NCBI GenBank assembly: GCA_002633005.1
Contig: NMRA01000147.1
Location: 186,001-250,000, forward strand
DNA: 64,000 nt
Direction: 5' to 3'
Source of the DNA: Phoronis australis
Lineage: Eukaryota; Animalia; Phoronida
A model generated the notes under the pieces. It was not told the DNA's origin, did not search any database, and worked only from the letters and a program-made list of their open reading frames with translations. Numbering within the stretch: position 1 is the stretch's first letter; each line of letters opens with the position of its first letter. A program made the translations under genes and the position numbers. Positions 27,420 through 37,609 of the stretch are shown here, one piece after another.

Positions 27420-27545
27420 ATAGCCTCTCATGCAAAAATGGAATGTTTTAAAGCAATTCCTAACAGTGTTATTGAAGAACAGTGCATAAAGCATTGTATC
27501 TGAAAGTTTCATTTCGGAGATGTGTTGTTTCGAACTTAAGATAAA
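27420..27545 (+). repeat. Dispersed repeat (Kolobok-like subterminal region), related copy at ~51350-51529 ending ...tgtccTTAA
   Basis: tgcaaaa.tggaat.ttttaaa(a)gcaattc...cagtgcataaagcat..tatctgaaa shared. Confidence 0.65.
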
Positions 27546-28163
27546 TTTGGCCGCTTTTCAGTTTCTACATAACCTTAGCCTGGCGCTTTATGGTTTAAAA
27601 ACATTACCAGGCTCATCCGATGTTGAAGTATTGCCGATTGAACCGTCAACTCAAGTCACTCTGGCAACCTCGTTCAATTTTAGGGTTCACTTTTCATTAG
27701 TTGCTGACGGATCCAGACGATTTCGGAGCTCTTATTGGTAACGAATACAGAATCCTTATGAGACCGATTTCATTAGAGTAAAGGCCCAAATCGTGTATTG
27801 TCCTTAGCCAGCCAATCAGAGGGCGAAATGCAGTTATAAACAAGTACAAATATTTTGCCGTTTTTTTCTTGCATGCAATTCATATATACTTATACACATA
27901 AAACATGTTTTGATATATTGCATAACGCTTCAGAAATTACAGTAATTTCCCTACGCTTGTTTCATTTTACTAGCCTTATTATGTCTACGGTAATGTGATT
28001 TCTATTACGACGGGTTCTTTTTGGCAGCAATCACTATGTTCCATTACTTCCAGGCGTAAATATCTCCCTTAAAAAACATCAGGGGCATCTTTTTGGAATT
28101 GTCTTGTCCACAATTTGTTCAAGCTGCGGCAGCGAGCTTTAGTTTTGAATTGTGATGTAGACG

Positions 28164-28433
28164 TCATGGAGTCTTCTTGGCGTTTTTTGCGCCTTCCATT
28201 CGCCGGAAGTATGCCCTTGCGTGCTTGTCAGTACGAGCGTTGTATTCCGGGATGACGTCACGACTCGGAAACTTTCTGGTGGAATTTTTCGTAACAATGG
28301 CGTCGTTCACGAAGCCCTCTTCGCGTCTCCTGATGTCTGCCACTGCTGGCGTTTTCGGCACAAAGCCGTAACTGCTCATTTTGTTCGGATTGCCATCCGG
28401 TTTGTAAGCGTTCATCGTTGCCCGCGGAAGTTT
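28164..28433 (-). CDS. Small C17orf98/SPMAP1 (DUF4542)-like protein, main/terminal exon
   Basis: ttttgttgcag acceptor; RRREEGFVNDAI...VIPEYNARTDKHARAYF resembles the recalled C17orf98 motif (EKGFILDG...IPPYNAQQDYHARSYF); GC-richer than its flanks; internal ATG at 28415. Confidence 0.7.
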   Translation of the reverse strand, partial: KLPRATMNAYKPDGNPNKMSSYGFVPKTPAVADIRRREEGFVNDAIVTKNSTRKFPSRDVIPEYNARTDKHARAYFRRMEGAKNAKKTP

Positions 28434-28536
28434 CTGCAACAAAAAGTTTCTCTTTAATTAAAAACTAAGTATAACTACAGTAGGCTGTTAAATCGAGTTC
28501 CGTCAAAGAAATTAAGTTTTGATTTAGATGACTTAC

Positions 28537-28643
28537 CGCTACTGACGGTAAAATTGATCTCAACATATTCCTACAGGTCAGGGCCCTGTGCACAATCTTT
28601 GTACTCGAAATCCAACTCAAAATTGACATTTTGCGGAGTTCTA
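28537..28643 (-). CDS. Candidate upstream exon of the SPMAP1-like gene (ATG 28629: MSILSWISSTKIVHRALTCRNMLRSILPSVA)
   Basis: ctgcacag acceptor, GCG|GTAAGT donor, open and in phase 0 with the exon at 28433. Confidence 0.5.
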
Positions 28644-31115
28644 CTGTGCAGATTTAAAATAAGTGTCTGTAATCATGTTATCGAGTATGTTATGGACTAT
28701 GATGACGATTATCTAGTCCAAGTTCGCACTTTAGGATCTTTAGATTCAATCTACATTCGAGTTTAAACTCGAGATTTCAAGTAAAACCTCGAAATTTCTC
28801 GTTCAGAGTAAACATTTAGCGTTAATATTGGGGCACCAAATGCAAGCTAGAATTAGACAGGTATCCACGCAAACCAAAATGTACTCGAGCAGAGGATAAA
28901 CTGGAGGTCGCACAAAAATAGAAAGGAAAGATGCAATGATAATTTCAAGTTCAATTTCGTGTGCAAAGATTAGATCTCGGGCCCAGGTGAAAAGTGGGTT
29001 TCAGGGCTAAAAACTGACAGTTGGTTATTGGTTGAGACTAAGCTCGGCTCGATGGTTATGGCCCGCCGTTACAAGATCCCGAATAGCAAACAATAAGGAA
29101 CTGACAGTCCATTCCAAGGCCAGAAATCACCTCACATTTTACTAGGCAATAATTGAAGGCCAATTTTATGAAGTGGTATGAATCAAAAATTAGATTCAGT
29201 GATGTAACTGGCAATCGTTTTAATAAAGAATGTCTGAACTTCAGCATGGAAGATTTATACCATTTTGTTTTAGACCGCAGCTAGCTAGGAAATAAGAAAA
29301 CAAAATCAGTGAGGCTCCAAGTGTTAGCTAATGTCTTTCTACATTTCAATTCTTTACGATCGACTTCATCGGGGGAATTCCTGTATCTCACCTTTGTATG
29401 CAAACGCCAGACCAGGGGAGGCAGCCTTTTGAACGTGACAAATGCAATTATTGTTCGTTCCTTAGGTATATACAATAACAACTTAATTGAAAATCCCGTT
29501 GCAGAAGCTTATGTTTGTTTACTTGCTCAGTAATTCAATTATTGTACAATAGATCTTAGTAAACACACAATAAAAAGTTATCAAATTTGCAATCTGCGTC
29601 AAATTGCGACCTCTGTGAATGGATCAAATCGACCATTATGTCTGTCATCATGTCGACTGGTCACAAACCAAGTAGGTTATATTTGGAAAACATCGGATGC
29701 TTCTACAGGGGGCCTAAACTCTAAAATGAGTATAAGATCTATGTCCACCTTGGAGGAAAAATTACATTCTTCGAAAATAAAGAATGTGGCGTTAATCAAA
29801 ATCCCAAAGCACACTGCAATCCTGCGCTGCAATCACCCGACCGCTCACAATCATTTAGAGTTGCATTTTGGCCTGTTTAGCTGACCAAAATCAAATATCA
29901 AATTCGACCTTTTACTCTAAAAAAGGTCTCTTAACATTCCTTACCGTCATAGGAGTTAATTTCCGTTTCCAAAAAGAGCATCGATACCGATCAGTGACTC
30001 AAGAAAACTCTTTATTGTGGTTGGCCAGCCCTAAACTTGCGATTTCCAAAATGAAACATGTATAGGCGTTGCCTATGACTTGAGTTGGTATCGGAAATGA
30101 ATCCTATCACAATAAGGACTATTGCAAGCTCAGTTTTATGAGAGCAAACAGCCTAATTCGATTTTTGTGTTTTGCGAGCTTAACAGGGCGTAATGCAACT
30201 TTTAACAACTTAATCTGTAGTGAATTTTCACTATCATTTTCCTTCAAGCACAATTTCTTTTTTGATTAAGGATAAATAAAATTCGAATGTAATTGAATAA
30301 TAATAAAAGGTTTCGAATGTGCAGCAATTTCAACGAAGCAGGTTTACAATCAGGCGGTTTGTTACCTAAGTGTCTACAGTATGATAATCTTCGCTGTTTA
30401 CACTGTAAACCAGATTGATTCCAGTAGGGCACCATGTAGTGTCGAAAATCATCCCTGAACTTCCTGAATTTTTATATGTAGGACTGATTCAAGAGGGGGC
30501 AGATAGCTGGTAGGGCCTGGTGCTGGGCGCGTAGAATGACCCGTCGAGACAAGATAATTTGTTAAGTTTGAGTCTTATGAAGCAATAGCGACCTACATGT
30601 AGTCATTCGCTCTCAAGACTGGAGATGGTATATACTATGAACAACAAACAATTTCAGACCAGATCTATAACAGTAAGCGCCCCAAATCAAAAGCTAGTTT
30701 TTTGACGTAAGGTTTATTTATAGCGGCGTTAACAACAATTGTTTTTTTTTCTCTGTTGTTTTTACTTCTTTCCTTTCAGTAGCACCTGCGACTTGTTTAT
30801 AGACCTAAAATCCCATGGTACATTCCTACTCAAACTCATACTACGCATCCCTTTTCATTCCATCTTTACATTTTGTAGTATCCTATGCTCGTGCGTAAAC
30901 TTCCCTGAGTTTCGATAATTTTTGTTTTAACCATGGTCCATCCATCGCTGACCGTTGTTGGTCAACTCTCGCATGCAAATGTTATCACTACGTCATCGCG
31001 TCATTACCAAACTACTTCAGTCACAAGTAACTGTTGTCTCACAATTACTATTTCCAAAGATTGTAGGCGAAGAGCGCTAATGAGGTGAGAATAATCGAGA
31101 ACAAAATTTAGTTAC

Positions 31116-31182
31116 CTTTCCTCGACTTTTCTCAGGCATCGTGACAGTGAAGTCCGCTGGTTATCGATGGTTCCTCTACAAG
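31116..31182 (-). CDS. Candidate alternative upstream exon of the SPMAP1-like gene (MPEKSRGK, phase 0)
   Basis: cttttgtgtttag acceptor, AAG|GTAACT donor; its ATG frame splices in-frame to 28433. Confidence 0.45.
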
Positions 31183-32606
31183 CTAAACACAAAAAGTAAG
31201 AAGATGTATTGTTCACCACAAACTGTAATATTCAACAATTCAGAGTTAGGCCCTGGAATCTGAATGATATGACGGGATGTTGTAGATGTGTGAGACAACA
31301 CACCGTTGTTTCATCAAACGCTATCGAACACACACGTTACTTTTGCCAAAAAAACTGATCTAATGATTTTTCTCCTACCTGTTTCAATTTTTATCAAAGC
31401 ATAGGATTTTCCGAATTTTCACCCGCTAATACCCGGCTGTATGACACTATCACAACCTTCAAAATCGACAGAGCACAGAACCACGGTCATATTAATTTTA
31501 AGATTAAGTCAACGACATGTTAATACCACCTTTAATGTCATCGATACAGGTAAAATTCTAATTGTGATATAGTACTAATAAGTTAATCTTTTTTCACACA
31601 GAGACTTCTAAAAGTTGCGACGGTTTATGGCGTTCCCTTTATTCCACGACACAGAGAATACAACAACCTACTGGAATTGATACGTTCACATTAAATCATG
31701 CGTTTTGAGTTTGTTTACAATACCTGTTTAGTTTATGACGATTAAAGCTGACACTAGCACACTGGCGCTGCATTAATTCCCTCCGTATCAAAACGTTTCC
31801 ATATTCACTGAAAGGAATCAGTAATGTTTGCGTACCGTAACATAAAATTAATTTTACAAATGCCGTCAAGACAGGCCTCTGAGCGCTAGTCGCTAGACAA
31901 CTTGTAAAGAATGACCTAACTTGTATACGCTAGAAGTTTCGCTGGAGATATGATCAGTATAATGCATCGCTATGGGAGACCGAGCGAATGCGGTATTTTG
32001 AAACATAACACTTACTTGTTTGTAAGTGCCTTCGATTCTTCTATTCTAATATTGATAATAGAAATCTATAATTTCTACTTGTTTTTTCTTGTTAAGAGTT
32101 ATATCAGTTTACCGAAAAGCAAATGTTTTGTTAAGAGGTTGAATGCGATTTCCTGAACAACTTGCCTATGTGAAAGTTGTCTAAGTTATTGACATTGGCC
32201 GGTGTGTATAAACACGTTTTGTTTTATAAACAAGTCCAACTATTGCTATGATGAGGTTTATAAATAAACATTTGATATTGCAACAAGTGAACACACGCAT
32301 GCTTCTACTCCTGGGGTGTAGTAAGACCAGAGAAAAATATAAAAAATACGTTAGACAACTATTGTTTTGACGTTAAAGAATCTGAGAACGCGTAAACATA
32401 CCTGCAACTGAGCTCGCAGCCTTGCCCGCCCAGGCGTGGATCCAGTCTCATTATCATAGCGGGCCTGACAATGGGCAGACATAGAGCGAGCTCTACCTAT
32501 ACTCCATTACCGCAGTGGCGAAGTGGCCGAGCTGAGGAGGTGGTTTGGACCGTAGATATGGAAATTGCCTTTGTGAAAACCGATTCGTTAAATTGACAGT
32601 GTAGTG

Positions 32607-32862
32607 CATGCGTGCACCTAGGCTTTAATATGGGGGGCTCGAATCTCTGACAAAGTGGACCTTTTGCTAACAAAAAAGCGGGCGGACTAAAAAAACGGAT
32701 ACCACCTTCCGGGCTGTGGAACTGTGCGTCTGCGCCTTCTTAGTGGACTTTGTCTCGTTTTCTCGGACTTTTTGTTTCTCTGAGGCGGACCTTTTTACCA
32801 CTTCGCCAAATGGGGATAGGGGTCTCCTTCAAGCCCCCCGAGCCCCCCTGGGTGCGCAAATG
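32607..32862. mobile_element. hAT-like MITE with near-perfect 5-bp flanking repeat (tagtg/tagcg)
   Basis: CATGCGTGCACCTAGG ... CCTGGGTGCGCAAATG TIRs; G/C-run subterminal gagccccc motifs. Confidence 0.65.
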
Positions 32863-34097
32863 TAGCGTTTTTTCTTGTCAGTATGAATTGACACCCCGTA
32901 GTTGACGCCATGAAAACGGAATCCCCTCCATCACCATGCGTACACATGTATCCGTTTCGTACGAGGGAGTACGCATTTACACTTCACGTCATTAAAGACA
33001 AATGGAAATGTTTTTTTTTTTAATATACAGCTAAAACAGTTTATACGATTTACGCACCGCTCACGTCGAAGCATGTCTCTATATCTACGAATACGGTCTG
33101 CCCCAAGAAATGTTGAGACCTACATGTGTGACGTTTACTGGATTCAGCAAGCCAGGTTGTAGACCCGCATCATTTACATGGACATGTAAATGCATTGGTT
33201 ATCGCAATCGGTATAAACATCCCGCATCACGCAGTATGCATTACGCACTAAAAGAAAGAAGATATAAAAAGATACTTAACCAGATTCTGATTTACTAACA
33301 GATATCAACAACGACTTTCCCATGAGTTCTCTATAACAGCCAAATGATGCTCTGTAACTTTCGGCTATCATACGGTAGCCCATTGACTTCGATGAGCGGC
33401 CAAGCACTGGTTTAAAACAATATGCCTTTTAAAAACGTTTCGTCCTCTTGATCGCAATCCACTAAACCCGATATTAAGATTTTATGACTTCTACCCCATT
33501 TTGACGGACTAACTGGATATCGGTCTGCCGGAAGCCACAAGTTGTGTTTTAGTTGTGTGACATATATTGCACCATAGTGAGTTTGCACAATGGCTGTGTC
33601 CCTTCTCAATCATTAGATGGCTCCGCCACCCAAGGTCCCAAAGTGTACAGAAGCGGCACTGATTTTAATAAAAGTAAGTTAGCAGCGGGTTGAAAAACCA
33701 TAAAACTCAGTAATAGGTTTTCACTTTTGTGATGACAATTATCAATTGCTAAATCACCAATTTTGTTTATTAACTGAAAAAAGAAGCTAGGAACCCGCTG
33801 TTTTCGAGTTAATCGTGTCAGCCCTACAAAAGACGTCTCGCCTGTGTAGTACGAGACGCTGAAAAACAGTCAAGGAAGAACCGTAATCTACCAATATTGA
33901 TTACCAATCAAATTACGCACATGGAGGTTTCAGCATTATAATGCTTAAAAGACCAAACTGACAAAAACAAAAGAAAACACATACTATCCAAAACTGAAGT
34001 TGGTTCAAAATAAGAAATAGATTACAAACGGTATTCTCGAGTCACATGGGCTTCACTGGATTCACTACGCCGGTTCCGTGGGCTCAACCGGTTCAAG

Positions 34098-34761
34098 CCA
34101 TGTTCACACTATGTGTTGGTCTAGACCAACTTTCCCAAGAGCAACCCAACAGTTGACCCCGTTCAGCCGAGCGTCCACACTATATACACCATACACCTTG
34201 CTACAAATATGACGCAAAACTGATTAGACACTGCCATGTGACAGTTGGTAATTGACATCATGTCGCCAGGATTTTGAGTGATGGCTTAACTGACCAATCA
34301 GGACGCAGCCTTCTTGACACACCTTCGTTTCCAAGCCGCCATTTTACCCGACAAACAACACGCTGCCGGCTAAAAGTTATTGTTTGCTTGTCGACATTTC
34401 GCAAGGGGGCGGAGCTTGCGATAGGTCAAGTACTGTCGCCTTGTCTGCAGGTTTGCCCCCGCACTGCAATTTGAACTGGGACAAGTTACCTTAGAGCACG
34501 TGTGTCAAGTTGCCCCAGCGGAAGTAGCATCCACACTACCACTTAATCTAGTGACAGCTTGTTCCTGGCGTGCGTTCAATAGACGCTGGGACCTACGCTA
34601 GGACCTAGCTAAAACCTAGTCAAAGTCACGTGCTTTCATTTAAAATGCACGGCAATATCTCACGTAATCTCGCGAAGTCTGGCTTTTAAGCGAGGTCCTA
34701 GCGTTACTGAACGGGAGGCAGGAATAACTCGTTCTACTATAACCTGTAGTGTGGACGCCAC
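34098..34761. mobile_element. PIF/Harbinger-like non-autonomous element
   Basis: GCCATGTTCACACTA ... TAGTGTGGACGCCAC ends, with internal TCCACACTA repeats. Confidence 0.55.
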
Positions 34762-35568
34762 ATTTGACCTTTGACTGGTTCTCAATGTCAACTTGTGGCT
34801 TCCGGTATCCAGTTAGTCCGTCAAAGTGGCAACCATAGATTCGCACGTACAGAAGAATTCATACTGTAAGTACATGTAAGCTAAAATCCTGTAGCATTAT
34901 CCTGAAAGTCGTCCTAGGTAACGCCCCATTGTTATTGCTTGAAATTCAATGGACTTAAATGACATGCACAAAATCATATCAGCATATCAACATTAATTTC
35001 AAATAGCAAAGCCCACTCATTAGAATTTGAATATGCTGTCTGAACACGTTATCTTCAAAACAATGCTAAACTTAGGCGCCCATGGTCATAATTTCTGAAA
35101 GGTATCTGGCAATGAGTTCTAGTAGTGTTCTTAGAAATTTGACTAAAAATATTACCAAAATTAAAATACAGACTTTCCTGTTCCTGTCAAGTTTTCAGAG
35201 TTTTTTTTTAAAGATACTCTTTCCGTTTCATTTTACTTAAAAACTTCATAAAACGGATTTTAACGAATGTTAGTTTAGTCGAAACTTCAATAACCCAAAT
35301 AATGTTTATTCAACACATCTCCAAATAGTTTGAAATTTAACTGAATTTCATATGAATTTCTAATTTGATTTGAATTGTTGGTGCGCTTCCACTTAAAATG
35401 GCCGCTGCAGTGAATTACAGCTGACTCATGCATTATGGGTACTCACTCAGCTGCTACCATATATAATGAGGTTTCCGCGGAAACCCTCCCACGTTACAAA
35501 AATAGGTAATAGTAAAGTTACGAAATGTTTATTTCAGTGATATCCGGTGTTCTAATTTGGTTAATGTC

Positions 35569-35811
35569 AATAAATAATAATTGCAGGAGATCTGGTACAC
35601 GTTGTACCAGACGTGCGCAGGCCGCGCATGTGGGCCCAATGCACTGATCACCTGGAATTGTTTATGTGCTTTGTTAATATATAGTTAAAACCGAGCTGAG
35701 GAGCTAGAAACCTGACTCAAGGGTCTACATGTAGCATTGTGGCCCTGTGGGACTCGAATCCACGACCTCAAGTAAAGAAGGCGGGCACCTATCACACTAG
35801 GCCACACTGCC
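35569..35811 (-). mobile_element. tRNA-derived SINE just 3' of the CYP stop (second copy 37099-37341)
   Basis: Head GGCAGTGTGGCCTAGTGTGATAGG (A box) ... GGATTCGAGTCCC (B box), a unique body with hairpins, and an (ATT)n tail. Confidence 0.75.
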
Positions 35812-35885
35812 TTCTAATTGATATAAAGGAATGAGTATCTTTTAAAAGTCAAATAAGCTACGATTAAAGACAAACAATCACAATA

Positions 35886-36079
35886 TTACAACTCCGCGAC
35901 AAGTCTGGGAATTGCCCTAAGTTGATATTCTTTGCAGGCGTGCGTCGTTCGGAATACTCCTTCTTCGGATAATTTGGCGACACCTTCCGGTGGTAGTAAT
36001 GTAAAATGCTTCATAATATTCACGAAGACCGCAAACGTTACAACTTTGGAAAGATGCTCTCCAACACACCGTCGGCTAC
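35886..36079 (-). CDS. Duplicate of cytochrome P450 terminal (heme-binding) exon, ...RAIPRLVAEL*; probably the alternate haplotype
   Basis: Intact ttttcag acceptor and frame; 4 substitutions versus 37416-37609. Confidence 0.6.
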
Positions 36080-36330
36080 CTGAAAATAAACGTAAAAAAA
36101 TTCTGTAAACGCTGATATTTAGTACTTGGTTGAATTGGTACAATTATCAAATATTTCAATGTATTGGCTATTGAAACAACTAAAATCGTCATCCTTTTCA
36201 CTGTTCTTGTCGGTACTTATTTGAGCATGTACGCGTACAGCTCACCTTCCACAGCGTTAATACCTGGGCGGTAGTCCTACAAGATAACAAATAGGTAAAG
36301 AAACACAGTTAATAACAATGGCGCATAAAT

Positions 36331-36692
36331 AACAAGAGCAACGCAGAGCGTTGAAATGCGCCCACAATTGCACCGCATACGGTATCCTTCTAGGGTTGTT
36401 TATTGGTACCATAAAGTGGCCAGTAGAGGGCATATATGTAGTATGTTGTACTTAGCAAAATGGAAAGGCATGGTCATTGTCTCCTCAATAGGCTAGGGGC
36501 AAAATGTGAGTAATCTTCATAATACAAGCACATCCTATACACCAGTTGCTTAAAGCACCACAGAAACATAGAATAAAAACAAATTTACCAACATACGAGA
36601 TTAGCACAGCATTAGAATGCCAGAAACAAATTTCTACTTGGAACTTTTCCTTCATAGTCACGAAGTAACACAAAGTATACACCTGAAGACCT
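36331..36692 (-). mobile_element. 3' end of a HINE/Helentron-like element, truncated by the N gap
   Basis: Reverse complement reads ...ccctctactggccac...aaacaaccctagaagg...GTGGGCGCATTTCAACGCTCTGCGTTGCTCTTGTT, the same terminus as at 58054-58088 and 61480-61514. Confidence 0.85.
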
Positions 36693-37415
36693 NAAAATAC
36701 AGACTTTCCTGTTCCTGTCAAGTTTTCAGAGTTTTTTTTAAAGATACTCTTTCCGTTTCATTTTACTTAAAAACTTCATAAAACGGATTTTAACGAATGT
36801 TAGTTTAGTCGAAACTTCAATAGCCCAAATAATATTTATTCAACACATCTCCAAATAGTTTGAAATTTAACTGAATTTCATATGAATTTCTAATTTGATT
36901 TTAATTGTTGGTGCGCTTCCACTTAAAATGGCCGCTGCAGTGAATTACAGCTGACTCATGCATTATGGGTACTCACTCAAGTGCTACCATATATAATGAG
37001 GTTTCCGCGGAAACCCTCCCACGTTACAAAAATAAGTAATAGTAAAGTTACGAAATGTTTATTTCAGTGATATCCGGTGTTCTAATTTGGTTAATGTCAA
37101 TAAATAATAATTGCAGGCGATCTGGTACACGTTGTACCAGACGTGCGCAGGCCGCGCATGTGGGCCCAATGCACTGATCACCTGGAATTGTTTTTGTGCT
37201 TTGTTAATATATAGTTAAAACCGAGCTGAGGAGCTAGAAACCTGACTCAAGGGTCTACATGTAGCATTGTGGCCCTGTGGGACTCGAATCCACGACCTCG
37301 AGTAAAGAAGGCGGGCACCTATCACACTAGGCCACATTGCCTTCTAATTGATATAAAGGAATGAGTATCTTTTAAAAGTCAAATAAGCGACGATTAAAGA
37401 CAAACAATCACAATA

Positions 37416-37609
37416 TTACAACTCCGTGACAAGTCTGGGAATTGCTCTAAGTTGATATTCTTTGCAGGCGTGCGTCGTTCGGAATACTCCTTCCTCGGAT
37501 AATTTGGCGACACCTTCCGGTGGTAGTAATGTAAAATGCTTCATAATATTCACGAAGACCGCAAACGTAACAACTTTGGAAAGATGCTCTCCAACACACC
37601 GTCGGCTAC
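37416..37609 (-). CDS. CYP exon 5 (GSRRCVGEHL...RLVTEL*)
   Basis: ttttcag acceptor, heme Cys, TAA stop. Confidence 0.95.

Larger units (their letters stand above)
35163..36332. repeat. Copy 1 of a ~1.17-kb near-identical duplication (copy 2 at 36694-37861) containing the CYP last exon and 3' region
   Basis: Base-level identity at an offset of ~1530; copy 2 starts exactly after the N at 36693. Confidence 0.97.

Noticed and set aside
35735-35811. tRNA gene
   Set aside because: A and B boxes are present, but the acceptor and anticodon stems do not pair well, and the sequence continues into a body and an (ATT)n tail. It is a SINE head.
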